A DNA stretch of 64,000 bases from Azolla caroliniana. Taxonomy: Eukaryota; Plantae; Polypodiophyta. The stretch lies in contig JBHGNT010000005.1 in NCBI GenBank assembly GCA_043228905.1, positions 11,842,001 through 11,906,000 of the forward strand, written 5' to 3'. Every line of letters starts with the position of its first letter. The stretch's first letter is position 1. The position numbers and the translations under genes are program-made. Positions 44,596-58,487 of this stretch are shown here, one piece after another. The notes beneath the pieces were generated by a model, which saw only the letters and a list, made by a program, of their open reading frames with translations, did no database searches and was not told the DNA's origin.

Positions 44596-47500
44596 ACAAC
44601 GGAGAAGCTCAATAGGACAAACTTTGCATCTAGGGAATACAAGATGCATCAATACCTTGTCAGACAAGGTTACTCAAGCTATATCGAAGGAGCTCATGAA
44701 ACACAACCCAACTCAACCCACGCCGACTACCCAGCGTGGGAGCATGCCGCAAGCCGTGTGTTGTATTGCCTTGCATCATGCCTACATGATCACATGCTCG
44801 GCTATATTCGAGAGTTGAAAACACCGAAAGAAGCTTGGAGCAATCTCAAGAAGGTTTTTGCGAACAATACGGTTGCACGAAAGCTCCAACTCCGACAGGA
44901 GTTGAATAACATGCAACAGAGGGATATATCGATCACCGGCTATACCTTGAAGATCAATAAGTTGTGTGATGCCCTCGGATCGATCAACGTCATCATCGAT
45001 GATGACGAGATGGTGCAAATATGCCTCGGCATCTTGGCACATCGATTCGGGACGATTAGATCGGCCATTCTCGTAAGGGAGAATCCACCTTCCTTTTTCG
45101 ACCTTCAGTCGATACTATTGGTGGAGGAAAATCATGCCTGACAAAGGATCAATGCACCTGATGGTTAGATGCTCTACACCCAGTCAAATGATAGAAGAGG
45201 ATTCGGCCGAGGAAATAGAGGTCGGCTCGGCAAAGGCTGACAGAGTCAACCGACTCGAGAATGCAACACCTACCAATGCAAGATGGTAGGAGCAATCCTA
45301 GAGAGAGCTCGGCTGAAGGGGGAGCCATCCTACCGGACCAAGCCATCGCAATATCCCGATCGAATGAGGGTACTGTGGAAAACTCGGCCACTACGAAGAG
45401 GAGTACCAAAAGAAGCAATGAGAATCGACTTCGACTAGTTGACAACTCACTAACTATGCTTCAAATTTCGACTACAACGATCATGGCAAAGTGTTTATGA
45501 TGAGGCACAAAACACATTCAATGTTGACACAAGCTGAGATAAGCACCTTTCCTTCGGATAATGTATGGTTTGTTGACTCGGGAGCATCCAATCATATGAT
45601 GTCCCACGAAGATTACTTCAAAGAATTACGAAAGCCCGATCGGCCCGGCTATGTCGAAACCGGAGATGACACAACTCACTCGATCTGGCATGTCGGAAAT
45701 GTCCCATTCGAGAATGATGGAAAATAAACCTACCTCAAAAACCTCTTGCATGTCCCAACCATCACAAAAAATCTGGTCTCAGTCGGCCAGATAGTAGAAC
45801 AAGGCATGCAATGCGGTTCAATAATGAGGGGTGCTTCATTGAAAAAGACAATCAAATCATAGCGCACGGTCGTCGAGAAGGCCGAATGTTCATCCTTGAG
45901 TTGAGCGAGGTGAAGTACGCCATGTTTGCAAATGGCATCAAAGTCGAAACCGACTTGAAACTGTGGCACAAGCGAATCGGCCACATTAATCTCCAAAAGC
46001 TTAAAAGGATGCAATCGAAAGGAGTCGCAATCAGACTTCCGACATTCACTGAAAAGGAGATTACGTGTTTATGTGACGCCTGCCAATTTGGCAAACAACA
46101 CCGAAAACTATTCCCAAAAGATGGGCATATGAGCAAAGGGATCTGTCATGATATGGCAAGACTCGAACCCATGACCTTAGGTTATATGGGTCGAGCTCTT
46201 GACCATTAGATCATCTATTATAATACGTAGGATATTATTTTCATTTACATTTTATTATAGGAAATTAGTGTATATTCCAGATTTCTCTGGAACATTCTAG
46301 AAGCTTCAGGATTACTCTTGAAAACACTATAAAAGAGGGCACTAGGCATTATGTTGAACCAAATTGGTTCAACGCCAGTCTTAAGCCTTTAGCCACCATT
46401 GTATATTCTCTTCACATAATACATATCTTTCTTATCATCACTCTCTCCCTCTCTCGATCTCTCTCTTTCTCTCCGTCTCGCTCACTTCTTCCTTCTCTCG
46501 AAGAAGTTCTACACCTCTCATAGTACTAATCCTTCGTTTAGTACTAATTCCTTCTCTGTCTTAGTACTGTTCCTGACAGTTTGAACCAATTTTCCTACCT
46601 TTTGTCTCTCTCATTTCCTACTAATCTCTTATTCCTCTTTTCTTTTCTTTCATCCCATGGTCACTGTTAACGCTGAAGAATATCAATCTGTTTTCTCGGA
46701 ATTTCAATGCTTGGAAGAGAAGTTCCATGCTTTGGAACAAGAAAACCAATGGTTGTTGGGGGATCTTCAGCAAATCTCCTTAGAAAAGTAGCAAACGCAA
46801 CAACAGCATGGGGAACTTGCGTTATGCGTCCAACAATTCAAAGCAACCATCGTAGCGATGCAACAACAAGGGCTCAGAACACAAGGGATTCATAAAGAAC
46901 CCAAGATTGGCCTTCCCACGAGGTTCAATGGAACGCGATCGCAGTTTAGAGGGTTCCTTAACCAGGTACGATTAGTTATTCAAATGCATCCTTCCCGATA
47001 TCCCACCGATGCATCACGAGTGGGTTTAGTAGGCACTTTGTTAAGTGGCTCAGCGTTGTCATGGTTCGCTCCACTATTAGAAAAGGAATCTCCTTTACTC
47101 AACAATTTTGAAGAGTTTCTAGGTGAGTTTAAATCATGTTTCGGAGATACTGACAGCATCAGGACCGCAATCAACAAATTTTGGCGATTACGCCAAGGTG
47201 ACTGTCTAGCCTCCGCATACGCTGCAGATTTTCGCTTACTCGCTGTCGATATCCTCAAAGTAGAGCAACTAGACGTGAAGACGGCATTCCTCCACGACGA
47301 CCTCGAAGAAGAGATCTACATGCCGCAACCGGAAGGATTTGTGAAGAAAGGGAAGGAGCACCTGGTTTGCTGGCTGAAGAAGAGCTTATACAGACTGAAG
47401 CAAGCTCCCCGGCAATGGTACCGGAAGTTTGACACCTTCATGACCGATCAAGGGTACCACAAGACGCAAGCCGATCACTGCGTATTTGTGAAGAAATTCG

Positions 47501-50500
47501 ACGGAGGAGACTTCTTGATATTGCTCCTATATGTGGATGACATGTTGATCATCGGATAGGACCAAGCGAAGATTCGGATGCCGAAGAAGGCCCTTAACCG
47601 GACATTCTCAATGAAAGACTTGGGTTCGGCAAGACAGATACTGGGGATGCATATCATCCGGGACCGGTCAAAGAAGCAATTGTGGCTGTCACAAGAGAAG
47701 TACGTGACAAAGGTGCTTCAACGGTTCAACATGTCAGACGCGAAACCGGTCAGATCGATACTTCCGGCAAACTGCAAGCTATCTGGTAAGCAAAGCCCGA
47801 AGACGAAGGCAGAGAAGGCGGATATGATGAAGATACCATATGCCTCTACCGTCGGGAGCTTAATGTACACAATGGTGTGTACCCAACCGGATATCGGATA
47901 CGCAGTCGGAGTGGTGAGCTAGTTTATGAGCAATCCCGGCAAGGAGCATTGGAATGTGGTAAAGTGGATACTCCGGTACTTGAAAGGCACCTCAAGTATG
48001 TGTCTCCGTTTCGGCTCCGGTAAACCCCAACTTGACGGTTTCACCGATTCAGATATGTCAGCCGATGTGGATACCAGCCGGTCAACATCAGGATATGTTA
48101 TGACATATGCAGGGGGAGTTGTTTCATGGCAGTCGAGGCTGCAGAAGACGGATGCGTTGTCAACCACGGAAGTGGAGTACATGGCAGTTGTGGAAGCCGG
48201 CAAGGAAATATTATGGATGAAGGACTTCATCGAAGAACTAGGGATCCGGCAAGAGGCATATCGGCTCTATTGCAACAGTCAAAGTGCCATCCACCTTGCG
48301 AAGAACGCGATGTATCATTCTAGGACGAAGCACATCCAACAGAGGTATCACTGGATCCGAGAGCGAGTGGAAGATCGAGAGTTCGTGCTAACGAAGATCC
48401 ACACGGAGGAGAACGGGTCGGATATGTTGACCAAGGTGCTGACACCTGACAAGCTGGATGCATGCCGAAAGCGAATTGGACTAACCAAACATCCCATGCC
48501 GGAGTGAAGGGGGGGTTTGTTAGGATTTCGGTCCCTCCGAATGGGATGATGAAGGCTCGATGAGAACCGGATGATGTGTACCCGGCAAGGAAGACCCGGT
48601 GAGAACTGGATGATGAAGGCCCAGTGAGAACCTCTCACCGGATGAAGGGGCATATATGTAGATATGTTTCTGTTAGCCCATTGGGGCTATATTTGTAAAT
48701 AGCCCGAATGTCACATTAGTATAAATATGACCTAGGGCAAACAGAGTATATGTTGGTCATTCTTTGTGTTGTTGTACAGATCGTAATAGAGAGAGAGAGA
48801 CACACACACACACACACAATGATTCTCTGTTGTAACCGCCGCCAGGCAAAGAGAGTGAGCACGAGGTCATTGCCTCTATGCCTCCCTGTTGTATTCTTTT
48901 GACATAGTGATAATTCGGAGACTATGGGCTCTTGTGGTTTTTCTCTCTCAGGGTTTTCCACGTTAATATCTTGTGTACTCTCTAGTTTACATTGTTTTGT
49001 GTATATGTGCATCTATCTCCACATTCCCATTTTTGTGCTTGTAATTCTCAACGAAGTGATTGAAGACTCGGTTGTGGCCGAGCATTATTTTGCATATTCT
49101 TCACATTTATGATGAAGGTGGCGACTGTCCGAGAACCAAAAACCTTTTCTGAGGCAGCCAAGGATCTGCAAAGGATCGAAGCCATGAATGAAGAAATGCA
49201 GGCTTTAAGCAAAAACAAGACATGGGATCTTGTTCCCCATTCTACACATAAGAAAGTGATCGGTTGCAGATGGATATATAAGGTAAAATACAATGTCGAC
49301 GGCTTGGTAAATTGCTACAAGGCACGACTCATAGCTAAGGGATACACTTAAACGCACAGAGTGGATTATGAGGAGACTTTTGCCCCGGTGACAAAGATGA
49401 CAACTATTCGGATAGTCATCGCTCTTGCAGCTACACAAGGGTGGCATCTCCACTAAATGGATGTGAAGAATGCCTTTCTACAAGGCGAATTAGAAGAGGA
49501 AGTCTTCATGACTCAACCACCAGGTTTCAATTCGAGTAAACACCCAAAAGCAGTTTGTCGACTCAAGAAGCCTTTATACGGCCTCAAGCAAGCACCGCCT
49601 GCTTGGCATTCAAAGATCACCCAATATGTGCACCAAATCGGCTTTCGAATGTCGAAATTGGACAACTCCCTATACATCTACAATGAGTCGCACAACCTGA
49701 TTTTCATCATCCTGTACGTGGATGATCTGGTCATTAGAGGAAAGGATCTTGCCGAGATCAATAAGGTCAAATCATTCCTATCCGGCAGATTCGAAATGAA
49801 AGATATGCGCGAGCTCCATTACTTCCTCAGTATCGAAGTAATTCAGACACCAATCGGGATATTGATCTCTCAACGGCACTACATTCTTAACTTACTCTAC
49901 AAGTTCGGAATGACCGAGTGCAAGCCTGTGTCTACCCTTTTCGATCAAAATCTAAAGCTTGATGCTGACTCTAGCACCATAGAGTGCGAGTCGACTCAGT
50001 ACCGTGAATGATCGACAACTTAATCTATCTCACGATCACTAGGCCCGATCTTAGCTACTCGATCGGCCTCCTTAGCCAATTCATGCAGAACCCATGAAAC
50101 ATTCATCTCGATTGCGCTAAGAGGGTACTTCGGTACGTCAGTGGTATGATGGATTATGACGTCATGTATAAGTCAGACACGGTCCTTCGACTCGAAGGGT
50201 ACACAAACGCAGATTGGGCCGGCTATAAGGCCAATAGACAATCCACTTCCAGATTCGTCTTCTCCCTCGGCAGTGGAGCGATCTCCTGGAGCAGCAAAAT
50301 GTAGCCAATAGTCGCACTGTTGAGCACAGAAGCTGAATACAGGGGCGTGATAGTCATCAAATGCGAGGCTGTCTAGGCTGAAGCGCATATTGAAGGATAT
50401 GGGCGTTCTCATCAAGGATCCGATCTCCTATATTGCGGCAACATGAGCAACATCTACCTGGCTTGAAACCTAGTGTTCCACGTGTGGATTAAGCATTTCG

Positions 50501-51086
50501 AAGTGCACTATCACTTCATCGAAGAGCGCGTTCAGGCTAGAGATGTTGATCTTCGACACATCAACACGAATCTTCAAGTTGCTGACATCTTCACTAAGGC
50601 CTTAGGAGTCGACAAGTTCGGGAAATGTACATCAGACCTCGATTGCACGATATCTGCATTGCCAAGCTTGAGGGGGAGTACTGGAAAATAGCAGTAATCG
50701 TCGAAAACCAAAATCGAAAAGCAAAGTCGAAGCTGATTCAACCGAATCGAAATATTTCAAAGACTGAACCAAAACAACTTTTCGGCATTCGGAAGTTGTG
50801 TTCGAAGGGGCGTGTTGAGAATCGAACTCAACCTCCCATAGAGATAGTGTTCACACTAGCCAGTGGACATCATACTAGGCTAGTTTTGTAATTAGTAGAA
50901 AGGGTGCTTGCCCTATATCATTTGGTATTTAAACCAACATTTTGTAACTTCGTTACTGTTGGATGTAATCTATCTTTTTACATATACAACCTCTTGTTCA
51001 AGCTCTCTGTCTCTCTTGCCTTACGTGCACTCACTCACACACACATAGCTCGCTCCTGTTGCATAGCACCACTCATGTCTCCCCTT
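44596..51086 (+). mobile_element. Degenerate Copia of a different lineage (element J); integrase core deleted; 3' LTR starts ~50813
   Basis: gag EKLNRTNF.SWEYKMHQYL, protease [38 protein letters not shown], and purine tracts at ~50668 and ~50803. Ends are uncertain. Confidence 0.75.
46144..49105 (+). mobile_element. Chimera: B-family Gypsy 5' LTR (46144-46578) + gag fused at ~47253 to A-family Copia RT-RH + 3' LTR (48518-49105)
   Basis: ORF 46858-47559 switches from ADFRLLAVDI (gag) to LKVEQLDVKTAFLH (Copia RT). Flanks GGATC and TTTAT do not match. Confidence 0.88.
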
Positions 51087-51437
51087 CGTTAGAAGTATAA
51101 ATACAACTAGGGCAAACACTATGGTGATGTATTGTGTGTTGAACAGAACATAACGAAGTGTTGCAGAGGGTGTGTGAGAGAGGAAGAGAGAAGCAAGAGC
51201 GTGAGCGGCGCCATAGCTGTGTAACAGTAGACGCCAAGAGCCCTGTGTGGTTGATACACTCTGAATAGAGAGTGTTGTAATCTGTTATTCTGTATATCTT
51301 TGTTATAATGATTCTCTGTTGCCCGTGGTTTTTCCCATTTTAGGGTTTCCATGTAAACTATTGTGTATTGTGCATTCTTTGTCTATTTGTTGTTTTCTGT
51401 TTCCGCATGTTGTGTATTTCTGCATAGCTTTCTCACA
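51087..51437 (+). mobile_element. LTR remnant related to the solo LTR at 34077-34674
   Basis: Shares caactagggcaaac, gcgccatagct, gagccctg..tggttgatacactc and cccgtggttttt.cc..ttttagggtttcca. No TSD. Confidence 0.65.
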
Positions 51438-51949
51438 GATATACGATCACCATCTCATCACTCTCATCCACATTATGCCACCTCCTTTGAGTCAAATTTA
51501 TCATTGCAATGGAAGCACATGCGAAATGTGTTTGCGATATATTTTCTCAAAATCTTGCCAACGATCCCAACAATAAACAAATGATACATGTGGAGTATCG
51601 ATTAGGCATGATGCCATGGGCCAACACTAATGTCGATATGATGAACACATGTCCTACACAAATAGACAACCCTTGCTTGCAACAAGGGAGTGAGATATAT
51701 AAGACGCCCTCCTCCTATCTACTATTTTGGATGAGCCAACATCAGACAAACATTGCACTACTCTCCGTAGCAAGTGGGCATGGATGGCATTAGAAAGAGG
51801 AGGGTAGATAGATAGATAGATAGATAGCATGAGGCAATGCAGTGCCAAAAAGAGACCGAAGACATGACGGAGAGTGATCATGAATTTCCTTGATGAGGTT
51901 CAGAAAAGGAAGGACGAGGTTTTAAGAAAACGATGTCGAAGTGAGCGAG

Positions 51950-52232
51950 TGTGTGTGTGTATGTGTTGTGCTCCGATTGGTCTTCTTTGTGTATGTGTGT
52001 GTGTGTGTGTGTGTGTATCAATGTATCATGTATGTGTGTGATAATTTGGTAATAAAAAATCGTTTCGTGTTCCTTCCTCACGCGAACAGAATAAACACAA
52101 ATAAAATTGATTGGAAGGGGAGGGCAAAACTCGTGTTAAATAAGAAAGAAAAAGAGGAGGAGGAGGAGGAGGAGGAGGTCCATAGACCACCGACGAAGGA
52201 AGAAAGACAGACGCAGACGCAGACGCAGACGC
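51950..52232. repeat. Microsatellite cluster (GT)n, (GAG)n, (ACGCAG)n in the putative promoter/5' UTR of the SAP gene
   Basis: Direct reading. Confidence 0.85.
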
Positions 52233-52349
52233 TGGAGGCAGAATAACAACAGAAGACACGCAGAAAAAAGAAGGAGAAGGAGAAGGAAGGAAGCAGGAGG
52301 CGATCAGAAGACGACAAGGTCGCTCTCCCTCCCTCTTTCTCAGACACAG

Positions 52350-54302
52350 GTATCTCTCCTTCTCTCCACTCCAAACTTTCTCTCTCTCCCTCCCGCTCTC
52401 TGCGTCTGCGTATTTCTCTCCGTCTGTCCTTTCTTCTTCATGAATGACGGAACGGCGAACTTTTCCTGCCATCGATCGAACCCGAAACGATCATCGAGCC
52501 TTTCTTTCCATGTAATAAACGCAACGTGTTGCTCAGAATCACTTCGTTTCTCTCTCGTTCTGCATCTTTCCATGAGAATTACTTGACGGATTTAAGTTCC
52601 TCATATAAGTTACCTTCCTTTTCGGATTCTTGACGAGGGAATAGACATTAGGAACGAGATGAACCCTGAATATCATCATGCCTTTCGCCAATATGAAAAC
52701 GCGAACCCTGAACATCGTACTGCTTTTCTTTGCATATGGAAACGCAAAATATTATTCGGCATAGATATTTCTCTCTATTTTTAGCTACTTAACCTTCGAA
52801 AGTCGTATGGTCTAAACCCGAATACGTTTCCTTTATGGATTTTGAAGAGAGAATAGGTTTTAGGAACAGGCTGCACATTTTTTCTTAAGATTTGAGGTTT
52901 GAACATTGCATGATTTTGGTGAAACAGCGAATAGTGTGAAAGAAGAATGATTGCGTGGCAAGAACTATGGTTCATCATTCATGTCATTTCTTATTACTTT
53001 GTGTCAGATATATAAGGTTGGCGTGTGTTGTGTAGTGAAAAAGAATCTTCTTTTCGGAATGGTTTATTATGAAAAAGGGAAAGCTCCATTATATATATGT
53101 TGTGTCTGTTTGTTTTTTACTCGTGTGTATGTTAGCTTGATGTGTGTAGGTAGTAAGAAAGAAAAATAATTCTCATGAAACGGAAATTCTCGATTTGCGA
53201 TATATCTCAAACACGTGTTTGTGTTAGCTTGATGTGTGTAAGTAGTGAGGAAGAAACATGTCACGTTCCTCTTTAAAAGGAATTTTGTATTGTTATGTTC
53301 TACACATCCATATTTACATTTGGTTGATGTTTCTAAGCAGTCATAAAAAGCTTTTATTTTGAAGAATAATAAGTTGACTGTGCCATTTTTATTCCTACAT
53401 GTTAACTACATCATTTTTATGTGAGTTTGATGTGTGTAAATAGAGCAAAAGAAAGATTTTCACTAACACGATTTTTTCTGGTTAGCATTTAAGTCCATTA
53501 CCTGAAATACTGCTTAATGACACCATTTTTGTTCCTCTCTAAGTTACCAACGGCATGTTTGTGTTAGCTTGATGTGAGTTACTAGAGAAACAGCAACTGT
53601 GATATCTTTTGAAGGAAAAAAAATTCTGTTAGCTTGGTGTGTGTAGATAGTGAGAATTAGACGCATTTCTTTGAAGGAAAAGAGAATTCCATGACACTTT
53701 CTTATTTCTGTATCTTGCACACTTTTGATTACCGGAAAGATGCGAGTGAGGCAGGGCTATTTCCTTTGAAGAAGAAATACCTCATAATACCCTCTTCAAG
53801 CCTGCATGCTACATTGTTAGAAAGAAATGCAAACATTTCTGCTTGTTTTATGTGCATGTCTATGTTATATTGATACGTGGAAGTGGTGATAAAGAAAAGC
53901 ATTCCTTATGAAGAGTAATGCAAACAGTGAAAAAAAAAAAGCAAACATTTCTGCTTGTTTTTATGTGCATGTTTATGTTATTTTGAAGTGGAAGTGGTGA
54001 TAAAGGGAAGCATTCCTTATGTAGAGTAAATCTCTTTGGCGACACTAATCTTACTCCTGCATGTTACATACTTGATGTTTGTGCTCGCTTGATATATGCG
54101 AATAGTGAAATTTAGTAATTTCTGTAACACTGTATTTATTTTGTGGATGTTTCTTTCAAATGTCAATGCTTACAATCTGCCGTATATGGATATTTAATTA
54201 TTCATAATGGTGATTTTGGACTTTAGTGCACTTATATTTTTTAGCTTCTATGAATTGGTTTGTAATATGCTCTTGTAATCCGTCACATATGGTGGTTTTT
54301 AG
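52350..54302 (+). other. Predicted 5' UTR intron of the SAP gene
   Basis: Donor CAG|GTATCT at 52350 (alternative AAG|GTCG at 52319) and acceptor TTTTTAG|G at 54302, 25 nt before the ATG. A 5' UTR intron with an intronless CDS is common in plant SAP genes. Confidence 0.55.
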
Positions 54303-54327
54303 GCTTCATTTAAGAGACGTTTGAAGG

Positions 54328-54861
54328 ATGGAGAATGATGGAACTGGTTGCCAACCTGTGGATGCACCGATTCTATGTGCAAATAACTGTGGATTTTTTG
54401 GTAGTGCAACTACCATGGATCTTTGCTCTCGATGCTACAGAGAATTGCTCTTGAAACAAACGAAAGAAACCGAGGCAGCAGCTGCCATTTCAGCAGTTCA
54501 TGCCCAGCTCCAACATGATCGTAAGAATGACATTGAGATCAGAGAGTTAATAACAACATCTCTGAAAAATGATATAAATGAGACAAAGTCTGGCATAATT
54601 GTGAGTACTAGCACCGCTACTGGTAGTGATCTGAACACTGTTACAGTGTCTGAGCAACTGATGCCGAAACCGAATAGATGTGGCTGTTGTAATAAGAAGA
54701 TTGGTTTGTCAGGATTCAAATGTCGCTGTGGTGGAGTGTTTTGTGCATTGCATAGATACAATGACAAACATGAATGCACGTTTGACTATAAAGCTGCTGG
54801 AAGAGAAGTTATAACGAAAGCGAATCCTCTTATCAAAGCAGATAAGATCAATAAAATATAG
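54328..54861 (+). CDS. SAP: A20/AN1 zinc-finger stress-associated protein (177 aa)
   Basis: A20 finger CANNCGFFGSATTMDLCSRCY, AN1 finger CGCCNKKIGLSGFKCRCGGVFCALHRYNDKHECTFDYK, and C-terminal NPLIKADKI. Confidence 0.95.
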   Translation: MENDGTGCQPVDAPILCANNCGFFGSATTMDLCSRCYRELLLKQTKETEAAAAISAVHAQLQHDRKNDIEIRELITTSLKNDINETKSGIIVSTSTATGSDLNTVTVSEQLMPKPNRCGCCNKKIGLSGFKCRCGGVFCALHRYNDKHECTFDYKAAGREVITKANPLIKADKINKI

Positions 54862-57800
54862 TGTGAAGTGAAATGTGATTATCTTTTGGAAGGAAAAGTA
54901 ATTGTTTTTCCATATTTAACCTTAAATCGCTGACATATTAAATGATTCTAGGTTTATTTGTTTGTGATGTCTAAGCTAAGCTTCCTTGTGAAAGACTAAT
55001 ATGCATAAGCTTCCTTCAAAGATTTTTTGTGTGATTGTTGTAGTCCATTCTTGGTGATACTATTATGGACAGCTGTAAAGCTAGTTTGTATTTCAAATTG
55101 ACCGTGTTAAAAGTATTGGTGGCCCTGATAGAAATAGTTGCAATGCAAACTGTCCTTTCTGCCTTTGTTTTCACTCCTGTATTGATATATATAGCTGATT
55201 GATCTATTCTATCTTATTTATGGGAAAGTCTGATCGTATCTGGCATTTCCTACCTAAATTGCAGATGGTTTTGTGTATTTCAAATGATTAAATTTGACTG
55301 TAGAATCTACAGTCAGTATTGTATCAACCTGAAATTTTATGTTTTTGGTTTTCAAATTCAGTTTCGTGCATTCTACATCCTACTTGAGAGTCTAATGTCC
55401 TCATCCTGTTAGTCTTACTTATAGGTCTTACCTTGTCTTTTTAATGAAGTGCATCTTAATAAAGTATATATTCTACCGAAAATCTCAAATGTCCTGAGTT
55501 GTAGCTGGTGGCTGTTTATTTGTTCTCAATATCCTTGAAAGGACATTTTAAGGGTTTATTAGTTGTGTTTGCTAGTAACAATCATTTGATAGTAATGCCA
55601 ATTCAATCGTTCCATAAACTTAATATTGAAATCCTAAGCGTTCTGTCTCATCTTGAACAATAAGAGCCAATAATTCTTCCTGTTTTTAGAGGGACAAAGA
55701 ACTTGTTCATTGCTGTCTTATTTGGATCTCTGTTGTCTTGACAACTTGTTGGTTCTAATATGGATTCCCCTAGTCTTTCCCATTCTGAGTTTTGCTATAA
55801 TTTTCTAGCACAATGACCTCTGTTTATGTTCTGGTTTCTTTGCAAACACTTGCATGGAAGTATTTCAAGATGGTAAATAATAAGTCTGACATTTGAGACC
55901 ATTGGAGAGCTTGTTATTGACCTTTTGGCCATATTTCTTCATTTGAATGTCCAAGTGCTTCCCTATTAGGTAAATTTACTTAACAAAACATGAAAAGAGA
56001 TTTCAAAGTTATTCTCGATGCATTTTTTTATCATCTTCCATTGTCTGGGTATTCAAGCCCCTTCCTTTGGCTAATTTGTTAAAAGTATCCATGGCAATTT
56101 GAGTAATATCATATTAAGATTGCCTTCCATCATATTTGTTACCCAACTAACATTAATTTTATGAAAATCTTTTCATTCAATTTCATATTTGGGTCAGCTT
56201 CCATATTTTTATGACATTTGTTCTGTAGTTGCCTGTTAGGTGGTTTTCATCGTAGCATCAAAAGTCATCATTTTGAGAGAACCCAAGATCAATCCATGCA
56301 ATGGGCTAGATTGTCTCATAGATTAGAATCTTTTTCCATGGACGTTAAAATATATTTATTTCTCTATCTACAATAAAAGTGCTCATGGGCCTAACTAAGA
56401 ATTAGCTACAAAACAACCAAATTGTTGTATTTAATTCAAGTTGAATTTTCTTTTAACAATTCAGTTTGAACCTTTACCAGCGTAACAACTTTATGGCTTA
56501 ATGGCTTAATAGTTGGGAGATATTTTTAAAATATTTATATACAATATGCATATTATAATGTTTTAACTTTAAACCTACCAATTCTTTTAATTCTTAGTTT
56601 TCATTTGAGTCTTAAAAAAATAATCGGAAGTTTCGTTCCACTCGAAATCAAACCACGAAACGAGGTCTTAATGGTTTGTAGATCTCTTGAACCATTTAAT
56701 TTGAGCTTGAAAATCACTCGAATGATTTGTTTTTGAATGGTTGAATATTTCACACTTTGATTGTTTGATTTGGTTTGATTAAAGTTTCAAAACTTTTAAA
56801 CAAATTGGGTTCAGGACCCCCAAAATCGAACCAAACCATTGCCAAATACTATAGCTTGCATACACTTCTTTCTAATGTTTTACACAATTGAGGCCTTAAT
56901 TGAATGTATATAGGTGCTTGATCAATTGATTTGTAGCACAAAACATGTTCAAAACTCCATGGATTTGAAGTCAACCACTGAAAAGGAATAAATTGATGTT
57001 TAAATACATGAGAAATTCCATAAGTAAATTAGTTTTGTAGAAATTTTTGTAAATGTTATATGATGAAGGGGTACAAACACGTTGAGAAAAGAATGATCCA
57101 CAAAGAAATTGAACTGAAGGATATATTAATGTAATTATGGGTCTACCTTCGAGGGACGTTTGAATTTATGGTTTCCCTTTTTTTGGTTCTCTTTTTTAGG
57201 TTCATAGAATCATCGAAAGAACATGGAGACATTGCTAACCACATAATGTCATGAGCTTTGACAAGTATTGTGTTAGTTCTCATGCAAAAATTCATGTGTA
57301 ATTCAATCTTGTAAACTAAGTTATTGTATTATGTTTTGATGCAAACTTGATATTGCTTTTAATACATGATGCTCTCCAAAAGAAGGTTTGGTTATTGCAT
57401 GAAAAGACCGTGAGAAGAATGAACCACTAATATTTGACATCGCTTCTTTTAGGGAGATGAACAAAGTAGCTCACAATGAAAGCATTATTTCTAAATCACA
57501 ATTTACATATTAATATTAATGTCTCATGTAACACTCTCAATGGTACCAATTAAACTAGATCAAACATCCTTGATGCGTCATTATCAAACATTGTACATGA
57601 TATATAAGCCCATATTTACATACTATTGTTCGTGGATGGATTTATCTTCAGATATGCTTCCGCATCAACATTTTTTTGAATTGGTTGTTTGTGCCATAGT
57701 CTTAATTAAAGTCAAGTTGTGAATTGTCAATTATTCGATACGCGTTATCTTATTTGTCAATGACAACATTATAAGCATTGCCATAAGTGGAGGTATAGGA

Positions 57801-58487
57801 CAAATATGCACGCGGTTTCATTCATGTTTGCAACAATTTCATTTTGTTGTCATTCCTAGACATAATTCATTGCTTTAACTAACTATGATCATAATTTTGA
57901 AAATCGACAGAATAAACTCAATAATTCAAATTGTGGTTAACTCATCACATTGTGAGTGCTTGATTATACTATCAATACGATCAATTTAGTATTGGGTTTG
58001 TCCGTATCTAGATCAAAAGCTAGACAATGAAGGTTGTTGATCTAATTGAATGGGATCACTAAGTTTCGATTATAACACCTCGCTTGATACAATAGATACT
58101 CGAGCGGTTGATCAATCCATTGCGTCGTGCAATATGGCTCTAATGGTCACAAGACTTGTGAGTTGAAGTTGTTTGTCTTTGGGCAATTCTTTTGAAGATT
58201 TCGGCCTGAAGTAATCTCCTGAAGTAGTCTCGGGCTCATTCTATTGCTCAACAAGAGAAAGAATAAATGCATCATGATGATATGTTTAAATGTTGATTGA
58301 AAAGGGAAAAGGTGCTATGCTTTTTCACACTCCCCCTCCCCTCCTTCAAGTTTATGAATTGCCCAAATTATGGAAGGCTAAGTAAGGAAGAGATCTTATA
58401 AAAGGCTTTTGCTATATTCTACATGTAGGTATTCTACCCTCAATTCTAGAGGTAGTTGAGTCGCCGTGTATTATGAAGTGATTGATC

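Noticed and set aside
46144-49105. Autonomous Gypsy-Copia hybrid retrotransposon
   Set aside because: The two LTRs are unrelated, there is no TSD, protease and integrase are missing, and there are several stops. A deletion explains it.
51878-52573. Short ORFs upstream of the SAP gene
   Set aside because: Low-complexity translations of microsatellites.
56362-58450. Possible Helitron (TCTCTATCTACAATAAAAG resembles a 5' end)
   Set aside because: No convincing 3' hairpin plus CTRR terminus or A/T target could be identified.
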